Positions 13,670-22,662 of a stretch of DNA of 32,000 nt are shown one piece after another. The position numbers and the translations under genes are program-made. Source of the stretch: Propionibacterium freudenreichii subsp. freudenreichii. Its GTDB lineage: Bacteria; Actinomycetota; Actinomycetes; Propionibacteriales; Propionibacteriaceae. Numbering within the stretch: position 1 is the first letter of the stretch; each line of letters opens with the position of its first letter. The stretch is from positions 1,350,001 through 1,382,000 of the forward strand of contig NZ_CP010341.1 of assembly GCF_000940845.1 (NCBI RefSeq). The letters are read 5' to 3'. The notes under the pieces were generated by a model, which had not been told where the DNA came from, made no database searches, and saw only the letters and a list, made by a program, of their open reading frames with translations.

Positions 13670-15814
13670 TCACGATGCGGACGGCGCATCCGAGGTGGCA
13701 TCGGCGCCGACGATCTCTGCGCCCGCCCCGTCAATGATCCGCAGCAATTGCGCCCCATAGCGGCGCAGCTTGGCGGCACCCAGTCCACGGATCTTCATCA
13801 GCGATTCGTCGTCACGGGGCTGGTACTGGGCGATCGCCATGAGCGTCGTATCGGTGAACACGACGTAGGCCGGCAGCGAATGCTGCTTCGACTCGGCCAG
13901 GCGCCACGCCTTCAGTCGGGCGAGCAGGTCCTCGTCGTAATCGACCTCACACCCCTCGTGGTGGCCCAACTTCACCTCGACCGCATTGGTCATCGGTCGA
14001 CGGCAGACGATGCACCGGGCAACCCTCTTGGTCCGGGGCCCACGTGCCGCTCGGGGATCCACCGTGGGCGATCCCGTCGACTCGCCCAGCAGTCCACCCA
14101 GGAAGCGCGAGGGGTTCCGGCGCCCCCGTCCATTCGGTCCGGAGGTCGCCCAACTGATCCGCAGGGCCTGACGTGCGCGGGTGATGCCCACATAGAACAA
14201 CCTGCGCTCCTCGGCGACCTGGGCCGGCGTCTTGGCCAGGGAGAAGGGCAGGAGCCCCTCCTGCACGCCCACCAGGGCCACGGCCTCCCATTCGAGTCCC
14301 TTGGCCGAATGCAGCGTTGACAGCGTCACTCCCTCACCGACCGGTGCATGCTGCATGGAGGCGCGCTCGGCGATCTGGGCGACCAGCCGATCGAGGCTGT
14401 CGGCGCCGTCGGACACGAGTTGCTGGCCCATCTCGCGCAGGGCACCCCACGATTCCCAGCGTTCGCGTACCCGACCCTGCCCTTCGGGTGCCTGCGGCGT
14501 CCATCCCAGTCCCGTCAGCACCTCATCGAGGGATTCGCCGGGATCTGCCTGCGGGTCGGAATGCGCCACATTGGTCAGGCGTCCCAGCGCCGTGCGCACC
14601 TCGGCGCGTTCGAAGAAGCGCTCCGAACCCCGCACGTGGTAGGGAATGTGTTCGCCGTCCAGGGCTGACTCAAGGGCAGGCGATTGGGCCGACACCCGGA
14701 ACAACACCGCCATGTCCGACCAGGCGATGCCTGCCCGATGCCGCGCGGCAAGCCAACCCGCCAGGTGCTCCGCCTCCGCGACAGGGTCCTGGGCCGCGGC
14801 GAGGTCCACCGGACGCCCCGCATCCAGGACCGGCCTGAGGATCACTCCGCGTCCCACGGCGGGCCGGCCCGGCGGATGCAGGAGTTCATTGGCGGCCTTC
14901 AGGATCTGCGGCGTTGAACGATAGTTGGCATTCAGGTGGAGCACGTGCGCATCCGGGAATTCGCGCGAGAAGTTCGTCAGGAAACGCGCATCGGCACCGG
15001 CGAACGAGTGAATGGCCTGATCCGGATCGCCCACCACGCACAGATCGTCACAATCCCCCAGCCATTGCAGGAGAAGGCTGTGCTGCAGCGGACTGACGTC
15101 CTGGTACTCGTCGACGACAAAGTGCCGATAGACCGAGCGGAACTCCTGGGCCACCTCCGGATGCTCGTGCATGAGGGACACCGCACACAGCAGGATGTCG
15201 TCATAGTCCATCACCTGGCGTTCGGCCTTGACCCGCTCATAGTCGGCGGCCACCTTGGCCACGGTTGCGGGGGTCACACCGGAGACCTGGTGTCCGGCGC
15301 GCTCGGCCATTGCGGCGTACTCGGCCGGCAGGACGTTGGTGGACTTGGCCCAGGAGATCTCACTGCTGAGATCACGGATCACGGCCGTATCGGTGCGTAC
15401 ATGGTGACGCCTGGCGGCCTCGGCCACCAGACCGAATGTCGAGCCAGCGATCTCCGGCAACTCCCGGCCGGTCGCCCTCGGCCAGAAATAGCGGATCTGG
15501 CGCAGCGCGGCCGAGTGGAAGGTGCGCGCCTGGACCCGGGGCACCCCCAGCGCCGCCAACCGGGCCCGCATCTCCCCCGCAGCGCGCGTCGTGAAGGTCA
15601 CGGCGAGAATCGAATCGGGTGCCTGGGCGCCGCTCAGCACCGCATGGGCGATCCGGTGGGTGATGGCGCGCGTCTTGCCCGTGCCGGCCCCCGCGAGCAC
15701 CGCAAGCGGCCCGGCCACATCAACCGCGACGGCCCGCTGGTCCTTGTCCAATCCGGACAACACCGATTCGTCGGTCATCGGGGGCGGGGAATTGCGCGCG
15801 GGATCACTCATCAC
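13670..15814 (-). CDS. uvrD2: ATP-dependent DNA helicase UvrD2 (SF1, with a Zn-module linker and a C-terminal HRDC domain)
   Basis: Walker A LAGAGTGKTRAITHRIA. Motif II FVVDEYQDVSP. FYVGITRARQAL. Cys/His module CIVC-x14-HEGC. HRDC-like tail (LPAYVVFTDTTLMAIAQYQP...IRGLGAAKLRRYGAQLL). Track ORF 13670..15844 is trimmed to GTG 15814 (or ATG 15811) because a promoter motif occupies 15822-15843. Confidence 0.9.
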   Translation of the reverse strand: MMSDPARNSPPPMTDESVLSGLDKDQRAVAVDVAGPLAVLAGAGTGKTRAITHRIAHAVLSGAQAPDSILAVTFTTRAAGEMRARLAALGVPRVQARTFHSAALRQIRYFWPRATGRELPEIAGSTFGLVAEAARRHHVRTDTAVIRDLSSEISWAKSTNVLPAEYAAMAERAGHQVSGVTPATVAKVAADYERVKAERQVMDYDDILLCAVSLMHEHPEVAQEFRSVYRHFVVDEYQDVSPLQHSLLLQWLGDCDDLCVVGDPDQAIHSFAGADARFLTNFSREFPDAHVLHLNANYRSTPQILKAANELLHPPGRPAVGRGVILRPVLDAGRPVDLAAAQDPVAEAEHLAGWLAARHRAGIAWSDMAVLFRVSAQSPALESALDGEHIPYHVRGSERFFERAEVRTALGRLTNVAHSDPQADPGESLDEVLTGLGWTPQAPEGQGRVRERWESWGALREMGQQLVSDGADSLDRLVAQIAERASMQHAPVGEGVTLSTLHSAKGLEWEAVALVGVQEGLLPFSLAKTPAQVAEERRLFYVGITRARQALRISWATSGPNGRGRRNPSRFLGGLLGESTGSPTVDPRAARGPRTKRVARCIVCRRPMTNAVEVKLGHHEGCEVDYDEDLLARLKAWRLAESKQHSLPAYVVFTDTTLMAIAQYQPRDDESLMKIRGLGAAKLRRYGAQLLRIIDGAGAEIVGADATSDAPSAS

Positions 15815-15821
15815 GCCTGCC

Positions 15822-15843
15822 ACCATAGGCGGGGCCTGTGACA
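15822..15843 (-). promoter_or_regulatory. RecA-NDp (PafBC-type)-like promoter for uvrD2
   Basis: The minus strand reads TGTCAcag-gccccgcc-TATGGT. This keeps the TGTCR core, the exact N8 spacer and the TAnnnT -10. Seven nt downstream is the in-frame GTG 15814. Confidence 0.5.
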
Positions 15844-15929
15844 CTTCCGATCTGCGTGTCCACCAGGTACATTCCGGATCCCCATCGCGGCAATGTCGTC
15901 CCCACGGCGCAGGGCTGAGGGGCCGGCCG

Positions 15930-15951
15930 TGTCGGTGGCAGGCCCTACAGT
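15930..15951 (+). promoter_or_regulatory. RecA-NDp (PafBC-type) promoter for recCBD
   Basis: TGTCGGTG (15930-15937), then gcaggccc (8 nt), then TACAGT (15946-15951). This matches TGTCRGTG-N8-TAnnnT fully. Seven nt downstream is ATG 15959, in frame with recC. Confidence 0.6.
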
Positions 15952-15958
15952 GGCGTGC

Positions 15959-18900
15959 ATGGCGTTGCTCGACCCCTCACCCGCGGCGATCCGCATGGTG
16001 CGCTGCCCCGACTGGGCCTCGGTGTGCGCCGGCGTCGACGCCTATCTCGATTCCTTCGTGCACGACCCCTTCGTGCTGCCCACCGTGGTGGTGCCGGGAG
16101 CAGCACACAGGCGTGCCCTGTCACAGCACCTCGCCTCACGCCCCACCGACCCGCAGCACAAGATCCGGGCAGGGATCGACATGGTGACCCTGGGCCAACT
16201 GCGCCGTCGTTGTGAACAGGCGTGCCTGGGAGTTGACCCCGACGATGATCCGTGGCGCCTTCCGGCAATGACCATGCACATCGCCCAGCTGGCGCAGGCC
16301 CACCTGGATTCCGGGGAGGATTCCGCGACCGACTGGTTCGCGCTGGCCAGGCATTACCTCCAGGGCGCCTCGGGAACGGAAACTGACCGCCCCGGACGGG
16401 TCATCGCCTTCGCCGACAGCTTCGCCTCCCTGATCAGCGGATACCGTCGGCACCGACCCGATCTGCTGTTGGACTGGGACGAGCACCGCGATGTCGATGC
16501 CCTGGGCCGACCGTTGAGCGACCAGGACCGTTGGCAGGCCAACCTGTGGCGTGAGCTGACCCATTCGTTACGGCCGTGGATCCATCCGGCAGCCCGCGAG
16601 GACAGGCTCCGCGAGGCGCTCGACGACCCTGATCCGTCCGCACGCCAGCACCTGCCCTCGCGGCTCGGTGTCGTGGGCCTGGACGGATTCGTCCCCGACG
16701 AACGCCGATTCCTGACGACGATGTCCGCCCGGATTCCCCTCACCATCTGGCAATTGGGGTTTGGATCCGATGGTCCGGGTGAGTCGGCCCTGCGCGCCCG
16801 GTACGGGTCGGTTCGCGATGAGCTGTGGCACCGCGCACAGGCCCTTCCCGATGTCCGGATTGACCGTCCGGGGACAGGTCCCTCCGGTCGCCCCGCGACG
16901 GTCCTGGCGGCCCTGCAGGACGATATCCGCTCCGGACACGGCCCCGGTGATCCACGGGCTGCCGACGAATCCCTGCAGATCCACCTGTCACACGGAGTTG
17001 ACCGGCAGGTTGAAGTACTTCGGGAGCTGTTGTGCGATCTGTTCGACACCCACCGGGACCTGCAGCCCCGTGACGTGGCGGTGGTCTGCACCGATATCCG
17101 CCGCTATGCACCGCTGCTGGAAGCCGACTTCCAGCCTGCTGACACGCCCGACGCCCACCCGGGACACGCCCTGCGGGCCAGGGTCGCCGGGCCGGCAGCC
17201 GAACAGCCGAACCAGGTGCTCGAACTCCTCGTGGGGTTGTTCGGCCTGCCGGTGAGTCGGGCCACGGGTCAGGACTTGGTCGACCTGTGCTCGCTGCCGC
17301 CCGTGGCGGCGCGCTTCGGCTTCGACGAGGACGGCCTGGCGGGCCTGCCCGAACTCCTGGCCCGCGCGGAGGTGCGTTGGGGGGTCGACGGCTCACAACG
17401 GGCCCGGCGGGGACTGTCCGGCGTGCGCCAGAGCACGTGGGTGGCCGGCGTTGATCGCCTGCTGGCCGGCCTCGTCATGGCCGACGAGCCGCCCGCGCGG
17501 CTGGACACGGTGGTTCCCGTGGAGCACCTCGATGCCGGTGACGCCGACCTCATCGGCGGACTGGCCGAGTTCGTGTCACGCATGCGCATGCACCTCCTTG
17601 AGTTCGCCCAGCCCTGTGGGATGGCCCAGTGGCGTACCCGCATTCTCGATGCCATCGCAGATCTCACCGACCCGGACGTGGCGGAGCAGTGGCAGGTCAA
17701 CCACATCGCCCAGGAGCTTGATCGCCTCAGCGCGGGCGCAGGCACCGGGTCCACCGCCCTGTCGGCCGCCGACATCTCAGCCATGCTGCGACGCTTGTTG
17801 CGCCCAAGCCTCGGGCGAGCCGACTTCGGTACCGGGTCCCTGGTGATGTGTGGCCTGGGCGACATCCAGGCGCTGGGGCACCGGGTCATCGTGCTGCTCG
17901 GAATCGACGATGAGCACTTCCCCCCGCGGGTCGCCCATGATCACGACGACCTCCTGGCGCGCCCCACGGTTTCATCGGGACGTGTCGATGCCGACGCCCG
18001 GGCACGCCAGCAATTCCTCGACGCGGTTCTGTCCGCCGGCGAGCAGCTCATCGTCATCGGGCGGGGAGCTGACCAGCTCACCGGTGAGCGGCTCCCCCTC
18101 CCCGTGGTGCTTGCCGACCTGATCGGCGCTGCCCCCGTACGCGATGAATCGGGCGACGATTCGGGCGATGGCGCCCACCGTGGCTCCCCCTCCGACAGTG
18201 CCCTCATTCGCCGACACAGCCTGCAGCCCCATGACGCGACGAACTTCCTGGGCAGCGGCAGGCATCAGCCGTTCAGCTTCGACCGGCAGGCCCTGGCCGG
18301 GGCAGAGTCGCTGGCCGGGCCCCACCCGAAGGCCCCGGCCCGCTGGTGGCAGGTGACGGCCCGGGTTCCGGTTTCCGGCGGGCCCGACCCGGACGAGGCA
18401 CTCGACGTGGACCAGCTCACGGCCTTCTACCGCGATCCGGTGGGGGCCTGGTTCGGTGCCACCTTCGGATTCACCCCGCGGAACCAGGACCCTGTCCTGT
18501 CACCCGCCCTGCCGCTCGCCGCGGATGGATTGACCGACTATGTGGTGGGATCGAGGATGCTGGAGGCAACCCTGTCGGGCCAGCCCCGTGAGCGCATCGA
18601 TTCAGCTGTCCTGCTGTCCGGCGCGGTTCCCCCCGGCACGCTCGGCGCAACGCAATTGATGAATCTGTGGCCCACCGTGCAGGCGATGGCTGCACGCATC
18701 GGTGACTTCCGGGCGTCCTCCGAGGGCGCCGCCCGGCACGCCGAGATCGAGGTGGCCCTGCCGCATTCGCTGGTCAGCGGCCAGTTCCAGCTGTTCGACG
18801 ATCGGCTGCTGGACCATCACTTCGCCACCGTCAAGGCCAAGTACCTCGTGCCGGCCTGGATTCGCCTGGTGGCGGCCACCGCCGGTGGCCTGCCGGTGCG

Positions 18901-19303
18901 CGAGTTCGTCCTGGTGACACGCGACAAGGAGGTGCACCTGGCGCCTCCCCCGCAGCAGGTCGCGACGCGCATCCTGCGCCAACTCGTGGAGATGCGTCGG
19001 CGCGGGCTGCGCGAGTTCCTTCCCCTGCCGCTGGCCACCGCGTGGACCTATGCGCGGGCACAGCATGCCCACACCTCGGGCAGTGACCGGATCACCAGCA
19101 ACGCCTACCGACGGGAAGGACGCTATTCAGCGCTGTGGGGCGACTATCTCGACCTCGACTGGCGCGCACTGACGGCACTTCCCGCCGACCCGGACGACCC
19201 CATCACAGCCTCCGAGTCCCGCTTCAAGAACCTGGCGCGGTGGCTGATGGATCCCCTCCTCGATGCCATGGCGGCCGACGACCAGGCAGGCGCGTGGCGA
19301 TGA
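15959..19303 (+). CDS. recC: Exodeoxyribonuclease V gamma subunit RecC
   Basis: No Walker A, and about 1100 aa. The N-terminus (VRCPDWASVCAGVDAYLDSFVHDPFVLPTVVVPGAAHRRALSQHLA) resembles E. coli RecC. So does LQIHLSHGVDRQVEVLRELLCDLF..LQPRDVAVVCTDIRRYAPLLEADF, matching the H-S..REVEVL...PRDI.V...DI..Y.P region. It directly precedes recB with an ATGA overlap. Start 15959 is chosen over 15893 because of the promoter. ATG 15995 is an alternative. Confidence 0.9.
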   Translation: MALLDPSPAAIRMVRCPDWASVCAGVDAYLDSFVHDPFVLPTVVVPGAAHRRALSQHLASRPTDPQHKIRAGIDMVTLGQLRRRCEQACLGVDPDDDPWRLPAMTMHIAQLAQAHLDSGEDSATDWFALARHYLQGASGTETDRPGRVIAFADSFASLISGYRRHRPDLLLDWDEHRDVDALGRPLSDQDRWQANLWRELTHSLRPWIHPAAREDRLREALDDPDPSARQHLPSRLGVVGLDGFVPDERRFLTTMSARIPLTIWQLGFGSDGPGESALRARYGSVRDELWHRAQALPDVRIDRPGTGPSGRPATVLAALQDDIRSGHGPGDPRAADESLQIHLSHGVDRQVEVLRELLCDLFDTHRDLQPRDVAVVCTDIRRYAPLLEADFQPADTPDAHPGHALRARVAGPAAEQPNQVLELLVGLFGLPVSRATGQDLVDLCSLPPVAARFGFDEDGLAGLPELLARAEVRWGVDGSQRARRGLSGVRQSTWVAGVDRLLAGLVMADEPPARLDTVVPVEHLDAGDADLIGGLAEFVSRMRMHLLEFAQPCGMAQWRTRILDAIADLTDPDVAEQWQVNHIAQELDRLSAGAGTGSTALSAADISAMLRRLLRPSLGRADFGTGSLVMCGLGDIQALGHRVIVLLGIDDEHFPPRVAHDHDDLLARPTVSSGRVDADARARQQFLDAVLSAGEQLIVIGRGADQLTGERLPLPVVLADLIGAAPVRDESGDDSGDGAHRGSPSDSALIRRHSLQPHDATNFLGSGRHQPFSFDRQALAGAESLAGPHPKAPARWWQVTARVPVSGGPDPDEALDVDQLTAFYRDPVGAWFGATFGFTPRNQDPVLSPALPLAADGLTDYVVGSRMLEATLSGQPRERIDSAVLLSGAVPPGTLGATQLMNLWPTVQAMAARIGDFRASSEGAARHAEIEVALPHSLVSGQFQLFDDRLLDHHFATVKAKYLVPAWIRLVAATAGGLPVREFVLVTRDKEVHLAPPPQQVATRILRQLVEMRRRGLREFLPLPLATAWTYARAQHAHTSGSDRITSNAYRREGRYSALWGDYLDLDWRALTALPADPDDPITASESRFKNLARWLMDPLLDAMAADDQAGAWR

Positions 19304-22300
19304 TCGACCGCATGAATCCCCGTCCCTTCGACCCCGTGGCCGCCCTCCCGCCGCACACGACGGTGCTTGAGGCCGGCGCCGGCACGGGCAAGACCTACAC
19401 CATCGCGGCACTCACCGCCCAGGCCCTGGCCCGGGGACAGGTGACCATCGAACGCGTCATGTTGGTGACCTTTGCCCGGGCAGCCAGCTATGAGCTGCGT
19501 TCGCGGGTGCACGAACGGCTGCGGAACACCGCCACCGCGATCGACGCCACGCTGGCAGGCATCCCGCCCACCGACCCGGACGCCGTGGACGCTGACCTGT
19601 GTGCCGGGGAGGCCGACGTGCTCACGGCACGCCTCGCGCGTCTGCGCGCAGCACTGGCGGACTTCGACCGCGCCACCATCGCGACCACCCACGAGTTCTG
19701 TGCACGGTTGCTCGACCAGCTCGGAATCCTCGTTGACCACGACCGCTTCTCGAGCTTCCTGGATGATCCCGACCAGCTCCGCGCACAGGTCATCGACGAT
19801 GGCTACCTGGCGTGGATGTCCTCGGGGCGGCCGCCCCTCCCGCTCCCGGGGGCGCAGCTCATCGGCGAGATGTCCCTGTCACATCCGGACCTTCCCCTCC
19901 TGGACGCTCCGGCGGGCGCCAGCCCCGACGCAGTCAGTCGCGTCGAGTTCGCCACCAACCTGCGGCGCGAGTTCGAGGCCCGCAAGCGCAGCAGCTCGGT
20001 GTACGGCTACCACGACATGGTGCAACGAGTACTCATGGCCCTGACCGATCCCGTCACCGGGGAGCTCGCCGCGCGCGTCCTGGCGGCACGCTACGACCTG
20101 GTGATGGTTGATGAATTCCAGGACACCAGTCCCGCCCAGTGGCAGATCCTCGAGCACGCCTTCCACGGGCGCACCCGGCTCGTCGTGATCGGGGACCCAC
20201 GCCAGGCGATCTACGGGTTCCGCGGCGCCGACCTGTACGCATACCTTGCGGCCACCCGGCGTGCGGACGACTACTTCACGTTGAACCGCAACTATCGCTC
20301 CGACGCAGGGGTGGTGCAGGGGATCACCGCCCTGTTCGGGCAGGCCAACCTGGGGACCGAGGCCGCCCGTGTGGCCCTTGGTGACATGCACGCCCAGCAC
20401 GTCGAACCACGCCTGGCCGGGGCGTCACCCAAACAGGCTGCAGTGCAGATCCGCGCCGTGGAACCACAGTCCATGCTCACCGCACCCGCCGGCCGCAAGG
20501 CAATCATGGCCGACCTGGTCGCCGAATTTGACCGCCTCCTCAACCGCGCCGAGGTGAACGACGGGGAACACTGGCGACACCTGCGGCCCAGTGACATCGC
20601 CGTCCTCGTGCGGCGCCGCGCCACGGGACAGGAGATCCAGCGCGCACTCATCGCCGCGGGAATCCCGGCGGTGTTCACCGGCGGTGAGGGCGTGTTCGCG
20701 TCGTCGGCGGCACAGGCCTGGCTCGTTCTGCTCTCCGCGCTGGCCGATCCGCGGCCGTCGGTGTTGCTGCACCTGGCCAGCACGCCATTGATCGGCTGGT
20801 CCCCCCGGGAACTGGCCGACGCGGATGAGGACCAACGCACCGAACTGGTCACCGGTGTCAGGGCCCTGCAGGCGACGATGCATGATCACGGGGTTGCCGC
20901 GGTCTATGAGGAGCTGTCGGCCCGCTATCGGCTTCCTCCCCGGCTGTTGGCACAGCCCGACGGCGAGCGGATGCTCACCGACCTGCGCCATCTGGCGGAG
21001 CGACTCAATTCTGCCGAGCGCCGACACCATCTGGACCTTCCCGCGCTCACCGCGTGGCTGGCACAACGGATAGACCAGGCCCGCACCAGCCAGGACGACG
21101 ATTCGGTGCGCCGTCTCGAAACCGAGCGGCGGGCCGTGTCCATCATGACGATCCACAAGGCCAAGGGACTCCAGTTCCCGGTGGTTGCCCTGCCCGATCT
21201 GGCCGATCGGTACTCCGGCTCACGCTACGACCGCGGGTGGACCACCTCGATGCTCCATGTCGACGGACAATTGTCGATCGATCTCTACACCGACATGTCC
21301 TCCGACCGTGAGGCGATCAAGCAGGCCGAGGAACAGGCCGAGGACCTGCGACTTGTCTACGTGGCCGCGACGCGTGCCCAGAGCCGTCTCATTGCGTGGT
21401 GGGCCAACACCAAGTTCAACACCTCCACCTCACCGCTGCACCGGCTGTTGAACGCGGACAAGGACTCGGCGCTGCCGCCGGCCCTGAATATCGCCGGGGG
21501 TCGCCATCCGGACCAGTGGCCACTGGACCGTCAAGTGGTTGACGTGGTGTCGGTGCCGCGCCCGTCCGGAATTGCCTCGGTGCCGCGCTCCGCCGATCTG
21601 GTTGCCGGGTTGGCGGCACGCAAGTTCCATGACCACATCGATCGTGACTGGACGCGCACTTCCTACAGTGGGCTGACTGCTGGCCTGCACGGGGAGAGCC
21701 TTCCGCCGGGATCTGTCAGCCCGCGCGACGACGAGCCCGATCTCGATGGCATCCTGGCTGATCCCGGCGAGGTTGACGGGCCGGTATCCCCGTCCGCGTT
21801 GCAGCCGAACGGCCTCGCCGAGCTTCCCGGGGGCACCCAGTTCGGATCCCTGGTCCACTCGGTTCTGGAGATCACCGACCCCGCCTCGTCCTCGCTGGAC
21901 TCGGACCTGCTGGAGGCCAGTGCCAGGATGCTTCGTCGGTGGCCGGTCGCCCAGGTACCCGCCCAGGGGCTGGCCACAGGCCTTGCCAGCGTCCTGCGCG
22001 CACCGCTGGGCGACCTCACCAATGGTCGCTCCCTGACCGACCTGGGCGCCGTCAACCGGCTGGCGGAGCTCGAATTCGAAATGCCGCTGGGCCGGGCTTC
22101 GCGGCACCGTGCGGTGTCAGACCTGGCCGGATTGTGGGCCGACCGTGCACTGATACCCGAGGACGACCCGCTCGTTGACTACGGTGCTGCCCTGGCAGGC
22201 TCCGCGGCCGCCGATCGCACGCTGTCGGGCTTCCTCACCGGTTCGATTGATGCCGTACTGAGGGTTGCCCCGGCCGGGCACGCCGGGGCCGCCGACTCCG

Positions 22301-22662
22301 CCACGGCCCAGTTCTGCCTGATTGACTACAAGACCAATCGCATCCCCGTGCGCCCCGGGGACCACCTCGGCCCCCACTCCTATACCCGCAGGGCAATGAC
22401 CGACGCCATGATCGGCGCCCACTACCCCTTGCAGGCGCTCATCTACAGTGTCGCCCTGCACCGATACCTGGGCCAGCGGCTGCCGGGGTACTCCCCCGCG
22501 ATACATCTCGGAGGAGTGGGCTATCTGTTCGTGCGCGGGATGACGGACGATCCGTCGGCCGGGGATCGCCTGCCCGGTGTGTTCCTGTGGCATCCGCGAC
22601 CTGCGCTCGTCGCGGCCGCCTCGTCCGTCCTGGCAGGGGGTGACCCACGTGATTCCCAGTGA
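19300..22662 (+). CDS. recB: Exodeoxyribonuclease V beta subunit RecB (SF1A helicase plus RecB nuclease)
   Basis: LEAGAGTGKTYTIAAL (Walker A). VMVDEFQDTSPAQW. VIGDPRQAIYGFRGADL. TIHKAKGLQFPVV. VYVAATRAQSRL. C-terminal nuclease GSIDAVLRV...FCLIDYKTNRI. Track ORF 19135..22662 is trimmed to ATG 19300, which overlaps the recC stop. Confidence 0.93.
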   Translation: MIDRMNPRPFDPVAALPPHTTVLEAGAGTGKTYTIAALTAQALARGQVTIERVMLVTFARAASYELRSRVHERLRNTATAIDATLAGIPPTDPDAVDADLCAGEADVLTARLARLRAALADFDRATIATTHEFCARLLDQLGILVDHDRFSSFLDDPDQLRAQVIDDGYLAWMSSGRPPLPLPGAQLIGEMSLSHPDLPLLDAPAGASPDAVSRVEFATNLRREFEARKRSSSVYGYHDMVQRVLMALTDPVTGELAARVLAARYDLVMVDEFQDTSPAQWQILEHAFHGRTRLVVIGDPRQAIYGFRGADLYAYLAATRRADDYFTLNRNYRSDAGVVQGITALFGQANLGTEAARVALGDMHAQHVEPRLAGASPKQAAVQIRAVEPQSMLTAPAGRKAIMADLVAEFDRLLNRAEVNDGEHWRHLRPSDIAVLVRRRATGQEIQRALIAAGIPAVFTGGEGVFASSAAQAWLVLLSALADPRPSVLLHLASTPLIGWSPRELADADEDQRTELVTGVRALQATMHDHGVAAVYEELSARYRLPPRLLAQPDGERMLTDLRHLAERLNSAERRHHLDLPALTAWLAQRIDQARTSQDDDSVRRLETERRAVSIMTIHKAKGLQFPVVALPDLADRYSGSRYDRGWTTSMLHVDGQLSIDLYTDMSSDREAIKQAEEQAEDLRLVYVAATRAQSRLIAWWANTKFNTSTSPLHRLLNADKDSALPPALNIAGGRHPDQWPLDRQVVDVVSVPRPSGIASVPRSADLVAGLAARKFHDHIDRDWTRTSYSGLTAGLHGESLPPGSVSPRDDEPDLDGILADPGEVDGPVSPSALQPNGLAELPGGTQFGSLVHSVLEITDPASSSLDSDLLEASARMLRRWPVAQVPAQGLATGLASVLRAPLGDLTNGRSLTDLGAVNRLAELEFEMPLGRASRHRAVSDLAGLWADRALIPEDDPLVDYGAALAGSAAADRTLSGFLTGSIDAVLRVAPAGHAGAADSATAQFCLIDYKTNRIPVRPGDHLGPHSYTRRAMTDAMIGAHYPLQALIYSVALHRYLGQRLPGYSPAIHLGGVGYLFVRGMTDDPSAGDRLPGVFLWHPRPALVAAASSVLAGGDPRDSQ

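Noticed and set aside
15893-15958. Longest-ORF start of recC at 15893, and of uvrD2 at 15844
   Set aside because: These N-terminal extensions would contain the RecA-NDp-type promoter motifs. The extensions (MSSPRRRAEGPAVSVAGPTVAC / MSQAPPMVAG) lie ahead of the part of each protein that resembles RecC/UvrD2 N-termini. Starts 7 nt after the -10 elements are preferred.
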